Positions 28,127 to 40,389 of a stretch of DNA of 64,000 bases are shown here, in pieces. The stretch is taken from contig OX597829.1 in assembly GCA_951406725.2 (NCBI GenBank), positions 21,762,001 through 21,826,000 of the forward strand, read 5' to 3'. The position numbers and the translations under genes were made by a program. A model generated the notes under the pieces. That model was not told where the DNA came from. It searched no databases and saw only the letters and a program-made list of their open reading frames with translations. Positions within the stretch are counted from its first letter, which is position 1; each line of letters starts with the position of its first letter. Origin of the DNA: Octopus vulgaris (lineage: Eukaryota).

Positions 28127-28290
28127 TTAACATATGGGATATCTTTTGGTTCTAGTTGCTTAACCCTAAGTTAGGCCCAATTAAGTAGAATTAAGGCCTT
28201 CTATATATAAAGTGACTGGGTGAGCACTCTGGAAACAGACATCAAGATCAGGAAGGCACAAGCATGGACAGCCTGTCACAAACTAAAGAA

Positions 28291-28545
28291 AGTAGAGCCT
28301 TTTTCTCTTTTTTTTTTGTCACCTTTTGAAACATGGCAAAATTAGAATCAGCTGCCTGAATGTGATAGGCCTCGGGTCACCTTGGAAACAGGGTCACCTG
28401 TTAAACGACCTGAGGTTTCACAGTGTGGATGTAGCAGCCATTAGTGAAACCAGGCTCTCCGACCCGCAGGAACTCGCACTCATTTTCGGCGGATACAAGA
28501 TCTTTCTATCTCTGTGTCAGCCAGGAGCGGGTGGTGGTGGTACTG
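28291..28545 (+). mobile_element. Tx1/L1-clade endonuclease 5' fragment (inverted relative to 33455-33760), embedded in an old RTE-like RT fragment
   Basis: KIRISCLNVIGLGSPWKQGHLLNDLRFHSVDVAAISETRL. Flanks read LETDIKIRKAQAWTACHKLKK and HPELEAFRLVMW, which resemble RTE RT C-terminal sequence. Confidence 0.8.
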
Positions 28546-29629
28546 CTTGCACCACCCTGAACTGGAAGCATTCAGATTAGTCATGTGGAACCTGCTTTAA
28601 GGTGATGTAAGAAGAGGAAAACATTGTCACACTTACATCATCATCATCATCGTTTAACGTCCGCTTTCAATGCTAGCATGGGTTGGACAATTTTGACTGA
28701 GGGCTGGTGAACCAGATGGCTGCACCAGACTCCAATCTTGATCTGGCAGAGTTTCTACCACTGGATGCCCTTCCTAAAGCCAACTACTCCGAGAGTGTAG
28801 TGGGTGCTTTTTATGTGCCAACGGCATGGGGCCAGTCAGGCGGTACTGGCAACGACCTTACTCGAATCTTTTTACACATGCCACCGGCACAGATGCCAGT
28901 AAGGTGACACTGATAATGATCACGCTCGAGTAGTGCTTTTCACGTGCCACCGGCATGGAAGCCAGTTGGCCACTCTGGCAACGATCACACTCGTATGGTG
29001 CTCTTTGCACTCCGCTAGCACGGATGCCAGTCATCGAATTTGATTTTGATTTCACTTGCCTCAACAGGTCTTCGCAAGCAGAGTTTAGTGTCTGCAGACA
29101 CTGGCCTGAAATGTATCCAGGACTTTGAGGGCAGTGATGATGGACCAAGAAGCGTGGCAGGTAGACTTTGTTGCTGTGACCTGAGGTGAAACCCAGCCAT
29201 AATAATAATGATGATTTCAAATTTTGGGAGAGAGGGTAAGTCGATTACATCAACCCCAAGATGAAAGGCAAAGTCAAACTCGGTGGAAATTGAACTCAGG
29301 TTGTAAAGAAGACAAAATACTGCTAAGCATTTGGTACCACATGCTAATGATTCTGCCAACTCACCACCTTAATAACAATAATAATAATAATAATAATAAT
29401 AATAATCCTTTCTATTATAGGAACAAGATCTGAAATTTTGGAGGGGTAAGTCAATTACATTAACCCCCAGTGTTTCACTGGTACTTAATTTATTGACCCC
29501 AAAAGGTTGAAAGGCAAAGTTGATCTCAGCAGAATTTGAACTCAGAATGTAAAGATAGATGAAATACTGCAAAGCATTTTTTACCTGGCATGCTAACAAT
29601 TCTGCCAGCTCACTGCTTTAATCATAATA

Positions 29630-32532
29630 ATAATTAATTCTTTTATTGGCCACACGGGCTGACAAACATAAAGGGACAAAACAGGACGAAAGGTTACAAA
29701 AGGTTTTGTCCGTTTTTCGAAAGAAAAAAGTCCGTGTAAACAAGCTTTATAACAACAAAAAAAAATTCAACAATTTACAAAACACCCAATAGAGGAGATG
29801 CTTCGAAAAAAAGAAAAGGTCTCACGTGGAAAAACCCATAAAAGCCATAAGAGCCCCTTTCTCCTTTTATAATACCTTTTTCAATTACAGGCGAAACCTC
29901 AGAATTGGTCCATTTATACTGGCCATTCTTGCACAATTCACCCACCTTTCAGAAAACTTGCTCTCAGACAGCACTCTCCTCTCTAACCTCATCTTCCTTT
30001 TCAAGTGAAACTTGAAAAAGTTGATGAGGCCTTGACCAAAGAGGAAAGTGTCTGACTTTAGCCCTTTCAAACGGGTCCACCATACAACCTCTTTCACCAC
30101 AGTCACTAGGCACAGGAAAACGGTCTTGCCCTCCTTGTTAAAGGAGGTCGGCGGGGCAATCTTCACTATGGATTCAGCTGATAGCCAGATCTGTCCTATA
30201 CGTGACAGTAGCTGTTCAACATAAACCCATAGTTCAGCAATACTCAGGCACTGGATGAGTGCATGCAAAACGGCTTCGTCATCCTGGCAACACCTCGGGC
30301 AGGCCTGGCTGATGGCACTTCCGTGCCGGTAGAGTTTATCTTGAACAGGTGGAGCTCCTCGGTAGCACTGCCAGGTGAGGGACCTTTGGAAATTATCCAT
30401 TGGCCCCGGCCTAAAAGTTCTTCCAAACAGACTGCTCAGTTCATTATCATCAATGCCTAGAGTTTTCCCGAGAACGTCGTCACATTTTTCCTCCACTAAC
30501 CCTCTATAGAACGCTAGAGTGGAAGTGAAACCGATCACATTGCCCACTTGGTGGAGGGCAGAGAGAGCTTGACGGCACTCGAGATGCCAATTGCCCTTTC
30601 TTGGTCTACGTTTGATCCAGGTTTGCAAGCTGTGGAAAGTTGCGTCTGACAAACGATGACCACACCTGTTCACCGTCTAGGAAAACCTTGAGATGCCGCA
30701 GCTTGAGCGCATGTCTGCGCATCAGCAACCACGGCATGCCAAGGCCTCCGTTCAGCGGCCGTTGACAGCTGATGGATTGCCTGACCAGTGGCACCCAACC
30801 CTTCAGCAAAAAGTTGAAGAGCAAGCGTACCAGCTTGGCCAAACAGCGGTCGGGACAAGGGACGATGGTCAAGTGGTAATAGATGACAGATGCAATGTAT
30901 GCATTCACCACCTCTGCTCAACCTTTTAGGGACAGCTTCTTCTCGGCCCATTTCTGGGTGAGATGTGCCACCCTGCCCGTCACCTCTTCCCAGTTTTTAT
31001 CCACCTGGAGGTCCGGATCGAACCAGACCCCGAGCAGTTTAACGGGTCCGTCTGTCCAGCGCCCTATGACGCTGTTGGACGGCATGGGCTTGCCTCTCCA
31101 GGTACCCAGTTGCAAGCCCACAGACTTTTCCGCATTAATCTTTTCCCCTGTCACCGCTTCATACTCATTTAGCGTCTCGCCAATCAGGTCAATGTGCCTG
31201 TGACTCGACACTATCACAGTGACGTCACCGACATAGGCAGACACGCTGTTTCCATCTCCTAAATCATGCGGGATACCCCTCAAAGCCTCCAACTTGCACA
31301 GTAATGGCTTGAGAGTCAATACGTACAAGAAGGAGGAGAGAGGGCATCCTTGGTGGACTGAACGCGAGATGTCAAACGGTTCCGAAAGGTGACCGTTCAC
31401 CCGTATCACCGAGCAGATGTTGCTGTATAAAGCAGCAATCCACCTGCGGAAGTCAGGACCAAAACCAGCTGCCTTGAGAACAGCTGCCAGGTACCGATGG
31501 TCGACCCTATTGAAGGCTTTACTCTGATCTAAATTGATCAAAGCCCCACCCGCGCCAGCGTCATTACCCACCCTCTCTATGATGTAGCGCATGAGATGGA
31601 GATTGTTGTGTATGGACCTGGTCGGCACGACGCATGTCTGCGTCTTGCCAACCAGTTTGTCCACGATAAGTGCCAATCTCTTGGCTAGCACCTTGGCCAA
31701 AATCTTCAACTCTGCATTGAGCAGAGTGATGGGCCGAAAATTCCCTATAACGTCCCCCTTGTTTGGGTCCTTTCTCAGCAAAGCCACCACCCCTCGACAG
31801 ACAAAAGCAGGAATTCTCCCGTTTTACTGCCAGTTGCAGTAGACGTTTGCCAACAGGCCAGCAAACAAGTCTGGCATTGAGTGTAAAGCTCATAGGGCAG
31901 ACCATCCAAACCCGGCGATCTACCTCTTCCCAGGCAGATATCGGTCCTTCGCAGCACTCTGCCTTGCTGTCCGAGAGTTGCGGTAGGCCGTCCAGGTACA
32001 CACCAAAGTCTGTACCATTGTCCGTTCCACCGCTCGTCCCAAACAGTTGAGCAAAGTGCCGCTGAAACACCGCACACATCTGCTTCGGTTTGGTAACCTC
32101 GCGCCCGTTCTGGCCCACCAAAGACCGAATGGTCGCTTTGTTGCCTCTCTTCGCCTCCGCCACGTGGGCCCATCAAGCAGCCTCAGTCCCCTCCCTGCTT
32201 AGCGAATGTGCCTTAGCTCTGACAACGCAGCCTTCATGTTTGGCGTCAAAGTGTTGGTCGAGGGCCAACCTTGCCGCCAACACGTCGGTCGCGATGCTAG
32301 TCTCAAGAGCCTCTCTTTACTCTTTTATTCTTTTACTTGTTTCAGTCATTTGACTGCAGCCATGCTGGAGCACCGCCTTTGGTCGAGCAAATCGACCCTA
32401 GGACTTATTCTTTGTAAGCCCAGTACTTATTCTATCGGTCTCTTTTGCCAAACCGCTAAGTGACGGCGACGTAAACACACCAGCATCGGTTGTCAAGCAA
32501 TGCTAGGGGGACAAACAAAGACACACAAACAT

Positions 32533-32611
<79 letters not shown>

Positions 32612-33800
32612 TACAATGGGCTTCTTTCAGTTTCCGTCTACCAAATCCACTTACAAGGCTTTGGTTGGCCTGAGACTATAGTAGAAGACACTTGCCCAAC
32701 ATGCCATGCAGTGGGACTGAACCTGGAACCATGTTGTTGGTAAGCAAGAAACTTACCACATAACCACTCCTGCGCCTCATCTAGTTTCTTAACTAAATCC
32801 CGCTCTCTTCTTACGTTCAATAGCTAGAGCCTTACTAAACCTAATCGACTCTACTCTAATTGTTCTCTTGAGAGCAAACCACCAGTTGTTGTTGATGATT
32901 GCCCCCGTGAGCGCCCGCTTAACTAGTAAACTAATCCGGTCTCTGTAAGCTTTGCACGCCGTTAACGACGCGTTCAGCTTCCAGTAGCCGGGACCCTGCC
33001 TATGTAGTCTATCCAAGTTGACCGAACAGATCACGAATTTGTGGTCCGTATAGTCGACTAGGTGGAATAGTGGACACCCTATGCTGTCCTTATCCGCTGG
33101 CCTACAAAACACTCTATCTAAGTACAATCTAGACGACCCAATGCGATTGGTCCAAGTCCACATTGGCACATTCGGTTTGTCTTGTCAAAACCTGTTGGAC
33201 AGCTGAAAGTGCCCGAGTAGGTTGGCAAGGCTCTTGCACCCCGCCTCCTATCAGATGCTCAACTGCCCACCCGATTGAAACGTTCGTCTAAGACAGCATT
33301 CCAATCCCCAACTGCACTAGAGTGCGTGACATTCCCAGGAAAACTTCCAGACATTTGAAATAATCCAACTGCCCTGCTCCTCTCGGAGCGTAGGCACCCA
33401 GCAGTCTGAAAGTACCGCTGTCACTACTGTCTACGTTGAGGACCACCAACTTACCTTCTGGATCCAGGAAGACTGTCCTTATTTTCAAGTCCAGGCCCTT
33501 CCAAAACAACACCACAGTACCACCACCGCCTGCTCCCAGCCGACACGGAGATAGAAAGATCTCGTATCCGCCGAAAAGGGCTGCGAGTTCCTGCGGGTCA
33601 GAGAGCCTGGTTTCACTAATGGCTGCTACATCCACACTGTGAAACCTCAGGTCGTTTAACAGGTGACCCGAGGCCTCTCACATTCAGGCAGCTGATTCTA
33701 ATTTTGCCATGTTTCAAAAGGTGACAAAAAAAAAAGAAAAAGGAGAAAAAGGCTCTACTTACTGTTGTTGGTGGTGGGGTGGCTTCCTTGTGCTTTTGCA
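29630..33800 (-). mobile_element. Tx1/L1-clade LINE ORF2 (EN-RT-CCHC), near full length, frameshifted, interrupted by a CORE SINE at about 32315-32772
   Basis: EN: CLNVRGL, AAISET, YLDRVF, TDHK, GPGYWKLN. RT: FRPITLLNAELKILAKVLA, LDQSKAFNRV, QGCPLS, AYVGDV. C-terminal CPRC..H..C. 3' end with AATAAA and an A/T tail near 29630. Confidence 0.95.
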
Positions 33801-36800
33801 CAGGTGTATCCAGGCTGCAACTTTAGGGGAGGAGATGAGTTGATTACATCGACCCTAGTATTCAACCAGTACTTATTTTATCAACCTCAAAAGGATTAAA
33901 GGTAAAGTTGACCTATGCAGAATTTGAACTCAGAATGGAAAGATGGATGAAACGCTGCAAGGTATTTTGCCTGACGTTCTAACAATTCTGCCAGCTCACC
34001 GCTTTAATCATCATAATAATAATAACATCATCATCATTATTTTCTATTTGTTTTCTAATCTGCCATGAACATGATGTTTCAATAGAATTCAATGAAATCA
34101 GAGAATCGTGCTTTGCACCAATATCTCGTTTTCACTATGGTTTCTATGGCTGGATACTCTTCCTGACACCAACCACCTTATCAAGTGATATCATGCATTC
34201 TTCCTTGGCACCAGCACTACAGTAGTTATCTTACTCTCAGCAAAACTAAGGAACCCTTTGTCACTGCTTGAATCAATCACCAGTTGCTTACAGATTGTAC
34301 TGTGTGCTTTGCTGCTTTTAGCACCAGCACTGGTGGAGGGGTCACCTTGCAAACTGAAAGAAGGCCTCATGATGGAAAGGAGCAGATTTATTGTGAGAGG
34401 ATGCTAATGGAGATAAATAACAAAGGGGATAGTGTTAGGGTGGGAGTAATGGAGACAGGAGAGGAGAAGGTGGAGAATAATGTCAGGAATTAGTGTAAAA
34501 GACAGTGGATGTGGGTGTGTGACAAGATGGTAATGGTAGTGCAGTGTGTTGAATAGGTGGACCCCCAGTGTGTGAGGTAGGTCTGTCCATCTTATTTCTA
34601 TATTGCCCACAAGGGGCTAAGCACAGAGGGGACAAACAAGGACAGACAAACGGATTAAGTCAATTACATCGACCCCAGTGTGTAACTGATATTTATTTAA
34701 TTGACCCTGAAAGGATGAAAGGTAAAGTCGATCTCGGTGGAATTTGAACTCGACACGTAGCGGCAGACAAAATACCTATTTCTTTATTGCCCACAAGGGG
34801 CTAAACACAGAGGGGACAAACAAGGACAGACATAAGTATTAAGTCGATTACATCGACCCCAGTGCATAACTGGTACTTAATTTATCGACCCCGAAAGGAT
34901 GAAAGGCAAAGTCGACCTCGGCGGAATTTGAACTCACAACGTAACGCAGATGAAATACCGCTAAGCATTTCACCCGGCGTGCTAACGTTTCTGCCAGCTT
35001 GCTGCCTTCTGGTTCATCTGCCATACTAGCAAGGTCCAAGATAATTGTTATTGTAGTTACACAGGTTTATTGTTAAGAGTGCATCCCTAATCTTGTGAGT
35101 TCATGGGTGCTGCTGCCGTGTAAAAAGCACCTATACTGGTGCCATGTGAATGTACCCATTCCGGTGCTGCATAAAAGCACCCAGTATACTCTATAAAGTG
35201 GTTGGTGTTATGAAGGGAATCCAGCCATTGAAACCATGCCAAAACATTCATGGAGCCCGGGCAGTTCTTCAGCTGACAAGCTCCTGTCAAACCGTCCAAC
35301 CCATGCTAGCATGGAACACAAATGATAAATGATGATGATGATGAAGAAGGAAAAGAGTAACAGAGGCAGTGTTACAGAATGAGGGTAATCAGAGGGAAAG
35401 GAGTAGACAGTAGTGATGTGATGGGTGTGGGGGCAGTTGTGAGGGAGAGAGTTAGTGATAGGATGGTGGGAAGGTTGAGTAAGGGGTGATGCATTGCTAC
35501 CCCACATTATATGTGACACTGGCACAAGACTTTTGTAGGCCAATCCTTTCAGCAATGGGTGTGTCATTAATATTTCTGCTGTGGAGGACAGGTCTTCTTA
35601 TGTACAGGAACTGGAGGAGAGATAAGATGATGATAAGGGTGCATAGTGTATCCTCAAGGTAATGTGTTCCAGAGAGTTTGGTAACAGAGAATCATAACAG
35701 ATGAGTAAAGGATGTGAGAGTGCGATCCCTCTTTACTCAAGAATCTTGATTCGAGAGGAAGTGTAGGTATGAGGTAGATAGGTATTTATTCCATATTTTT
35801 TTTCAATTGTGGGTGACATAGCATGGTGAGATGAAAAGATGATGGGAAGATGAGAGGATTAGAAGACATAGTGGATAGGGAGAGGTGAGGGTATAGAATA
35901 AAATGGTTGGTGGTGGTGGTGGGGGGTGGCATGCACAAAACAGCAGACAAGGGATGGATGCAAGCACTAAGCTTGTGTGGTAGGTCAGGTTTTCTGCAGT
36001 ACTCAGTGTATCATTCTAAGTGTTCCTCAGTCTCTCTCTTCCACAAGTATCATTCACTTTGGGCATTTGGTGCTTGGTTACACAACTACACACACACGCA
36101 ATTTCATGTCAGTAATTAGGTCCAGCAAAAGAGACAGATAGCTGGACAGAGAAGAAAGGGAAAAATGAGTCGTAGATATTTTTTTAATCCATGCAATTAA
36201 AACTGTGGTTGAGATGCTGTCTTTGTGTTTTAGCTAGAGATACATTTTTCCCTTTCTTTTTCTTCGATGTGTTTGTTTGCTTTGACATGTATCTTGTTTC
36301 TTTCATACGATGGTGGCCATGCTGGGGGCACCACCACCTCGAAGGAGTTTAGTTAAATGAATTGGCTTCGGTGCTTACATTTTCTAAGCCTATACTTATT
36401 ATATCAGTTTCTTTCACTGAACTGTTAAGTTATGGAGATGTAAACACACCAATACTAGTTGTCAAGTGGTGACAGGGGACAAAGAAAGACACACACACAC
36501 ACAACAGGCTTCTTTCAGTTGTTTCTGTCTGCCAAATCCATTCATAAGGCTTTGATCAGTCCGTGTCTATAGTAGTAGATACTTGCCCAAGGTGTCGTGC
36601 AGTGGTACTGAACCCAGACCCATGTGGTTGGAAAACAAGCTTCTTACTACTAAGCCATGCCTACCAAAAGAACATCAAAGAGCAGAATTAGCTAACTATG
36701 TTTATTGTTTGGTTTACACATGTTTTGTTAACTCCAAAAAGTCAGTCTAGCATAGTGCCATTTCCATGTGCTGTGGAGATCTTCTTTAAAAGTCAATGAT

Positions 36801-37068
36801 AAAGTTAATTCATCAGGATTCAACAATAGACACAATAAGCTGACAGCTTTGTCTTTGAATTTTGCCAACAGCTCACTACATCATCATCTTTTAACATCTG
36901 CCTTTCATGACTACATCCATTTAAAAGCAATCACATAAAAGTTGGTTACAATTAAACAAATACAGGGAGAAAAGGATCAAATAGAAGGAGGAAGAACAAA
37001 ATAATTTACATCCAGATCAAGGAACACATGTACGCTTATGCCCCTCCAGTAAAAAAAAACATCTAGAC

Positions 37069-37316
37069 CAATAGTTCTCAACCGTTTTTTTTATACTTTG
37101 ATTGCTATTTTACTTGGTAGGAGTTTTGCTTATAGCTATTTGATGTCTAAAAACCCCTATTATGATTTTTTGATTAGATATTAGGAATTGTGTGAAAAAG
37201 TGTTTAAATTACTTTGTGTGTTGTAGAAGTATAAACAATTTATTGCAGATAAATTTTAACAACTAAATCCTATGTGGAATCCCAAGAGCCACGTAGATCC
37301 GAGTTGAGAACAAATG
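37069..37316. mobile_element. hAT-type MITE
   Basis: Ends CAATAGTTCTCAAC / GTTGAGAACAAATG. The 8-bp flanks ATCTAGAC / ATCAAGAA resemble a decayed TSD. Confidence 0.65.
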
Positions 37317-37689
37317 ATCAAGAAAGATGTCACACAAGGGGAAATAACAACATCTATATTAGCTGCCAGCAGTAACATCGGCAACTTGAGGATTAAGGAA
37401 GCCATTATCATAAGGGACCTTTCACCTGAAATAAATACCAGAGAAGACCTCAGTTGCATACAATGTACAGTCTAGCACCCCTACTACACTTCTTCATTAT
37501 ACAACACTCTCTTGCCACCATGATCATATCTAGACATACCATACATACCCCACTTAATATTTTACCCAAATGTTTCTAATATATTTTTATAGAACAGTCA
37601 ATTCTAAGTTTGAATGGAAGCCACATTGGGATTCAGATAAGACATCATTTACAAGCTATTTATTCAGACTGATAAGAACACATGCCAGA

Positions 37690-38100
37690 AGCTGACAGTA
37701 GAGCAATGCCACAATGGTTGTCATATTTTATTCTGACTCCCTCTCTTTTATAGTGAGGAAAGATAATTGCATCCTTTTGGGCCTTGGAAACCACACCAAC
37801 TCTTCAGACTACTCTGATAAGCTTATGGAGATTCTCTGTCATACAACTAGTCTGCTACCAAAGTGCAAGACCTCACTGCAAATTCCATCTTTGTCAGGTA
37901 CTTTAACACGATTCAACTTACCCATTGTTGTTTCTTACTCATCTGTTAAGATGACAGATCTTTGTCAAACAGTGCCAATTATGAAATCATCAACAGCCAG
38001 CTCATGGTTTAGGTTCAGGAAAATTATGAATCTAATGACCTGTAATTTCTGTTGATTTAGTTTAGTAAGTAGAGTAGAGCCTTCTTTGGAAAACAAGAAG
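37690..38100 (-). mobile_element. Ancient RTE-like RT fragment
   Basis: Minus strand KLNRVKVPDKDGICSEVLHFG...LHKLIRVV...KDAIIFPHYKR resembles the KAPGxDGIxxE...WKDAxIxPxYKKG region. Heavily degraded. Confidence 0.55.
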
Positions 38101-38457
38101 GAACTGGTGCAGAATTCTTGGGCCATTAACTTGCATAATGAAATGGCAGAGCTTCATATGCATCAATGAAAGCTTGTGTGTTTGTGTATGTGTGTACATG
38201 TATGTATAAATATATATATACATATATACACCAATATTCTTTTATTCTTTTACTTGTTTCAGTCATTTGACTGAGGCCATGCTGAAACACTGCCTTTTAA
38301 GTGAAGAAATCGACCCTTGGACTTATTTTTTGTAAGCCGGGTGCTTATTCTGTCAGTCTCTTCTGCCGAACCACCAAGTTAGATATAAACACACCAACAT
38401 CGGATGTCAAGTGATGGCAGGAAGGGGACAAACACAGACACAAAGAAACACACATAA

Positions 38458-38490
<33 letters not shown>

Positions 38491-38608
38491 TTGCCTTTCA
38501 TCCTTCCTGGGTCGATAAATTAAGTACCAGTTGCATACTGGAGTCGATCTAATCGACTGGCTCCCTTCCCCAAAATTTCTGACCTTGTGCCTATAGTAGA
38601 AAGGATAT

Positions 38609-38699
<91 letters not shown>

Positions 38700-38863
38700 A
38701 TGGGCTTCTTTCAGTTTCCATCAACAAATACACCCACAAGACTTTGGTTGGTCCAAAGCTAAAGTAGACAACACTTGCCCAAGGTACCACACACTGGGAC
38801 TGAACCCAGAACCATGCGTTTGGGAAGAAAGCTTCTTATCACACAGTCATGCCTGCACCTATA

Positions 38864-38895
<32 letters not shown>

Positions 38896-39226
38896 GATTG
38901 ATTTGATTGATTCTAGTTTCAGCTTATGAGCTGTGGCCATGCTGGGGCACCGCCATATATATATATATATATATATATAATATACATGTTTCATATTCAT
39001 TTATAAGAAGAAGAAAATGGAGATTGGGAAGTTAATAATTGTATAATTAACAACAAATTGGTCATCTCCATTTACAGCCATTTCCATTAATATTCATTAA
39101 TAAACATTAAAGTTACATTTATGTGACATGAGCATAATATTGAGCAAGGTGTTTACAGGCTGATTAAAGGTAAGTAGAGTAAATAGAGATAATAGTGGAA
39201 AGTTAAATACAAATAAGGTAAGCTTA

Positions 39227-39743
39227 TCTATATATATAAAACTGTAGTTGTGTGAGTGTCTGTCCCCTTCGATTTAGATTCCTAACTCCTCCCACATTTT
39301 GCGGTGCAGTTTAACCAAATTCGGGTATCTTATAGTCGTGATTTATATCGAGCTCGTCTGAGTATTAGCGCGTGTCTACGATGAGTCTACGATTTTTAAA
39401 ATAATTTAACATCATTTTTTATTCCATTTTAATGCATAATTTTTCGTGTGTCGATGGCGGCGGAGTTGGCGTCCACGCTCAAACACCTGCACCTGTGTTT
39501 GCTTCTCCCCCTTCTTCCCTCCCTCGTGAAGCTGTGGGGAAGGGAGTATAAGGAAATCAACGTCGTAAAGCGTTGTCAAGGAGACCAGCGTTCTTTTAGA
39601 ACAACGACTTCATGGCTTGAAGACACCAAAACAGAAATGGCTAAGAAAGCCCGAATTAGCATCTATAAAGGAAGTAACTCTCTAAAAATGCTTATATAGT
39701 TATTTCCCTTACAAATCCGAGCAACGCCGGGCGATACTGCTAG
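39227..39743 (+). mobile_element. Non-autonomous Helitron
   Basis: A|TC 5' end, 3' hairpin CCGAGCAACGCCGGG followed by CTAG|T, no TSD. Second copy at 44847-45243. Confidence 0.88.
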
Positions 39744-39763
39744 TATTTAATAAAAAAAACTTT

Positions 39764-39849
39764 TTTCCTCTGATGATATTTGTATAAATGTAAATTTTAT
39801 GTAAATTTAATGTTTACTGAGTATTAATAGAAATGGCTGTAAATGAAGA
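39764..39849 (+). ncRNA. Type I hammerhead ribozyme-like motif
   Basis: CTGATGA (39770-76), TATT...AATA stem II, GAAA (39830-33), TGGCTG, TA. Stem I is weak. A partial inverted copy lies at about 38990-39120. Confidence 0.5.
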
Positions 39850-40389
39850 ACAATTTGCTGTTGATAATAAACCATTATTAACATCCCAATCTCAATTTCT
39901 TTCTTCTTTTAAATGAATATATACTATATATTTTATATATACCTATTATTTTAAGGAAATTAATTGCCCCAACATACATGTATTGAACCAGTATTTCCTT
40001 GGATGAATCTATCCCTTCATGAGGTTAACACAACCTCTAATTAAATTTTATATACAATAACCCCCTCGACTACTGAGGGTGTCATGTTCCAAAACACCCC
40101 ATGATAGGCGAAAATCCATAAAGTAGAAACAGTACTGTACTGTATATTTTTTAAAATTATTTTTATAATTTGTCTATATTTGTATATATTTATTGATATC
40201 CCTGTGGTGATATCAATATAAGCTTCAATAATAAACTGTGATATGATGAAGAATTAGTGTGTTTGTGTGGGTATATATCATCATCATTATCATCATCGTT
40301 TAACGTCCGCTTTCCGCGCTAGCACGGGTTGGACGGTTCGACCGGGGATCTGGGAAGCCAGAAGGCTGCACCAGGCTCTGGTATCTATC

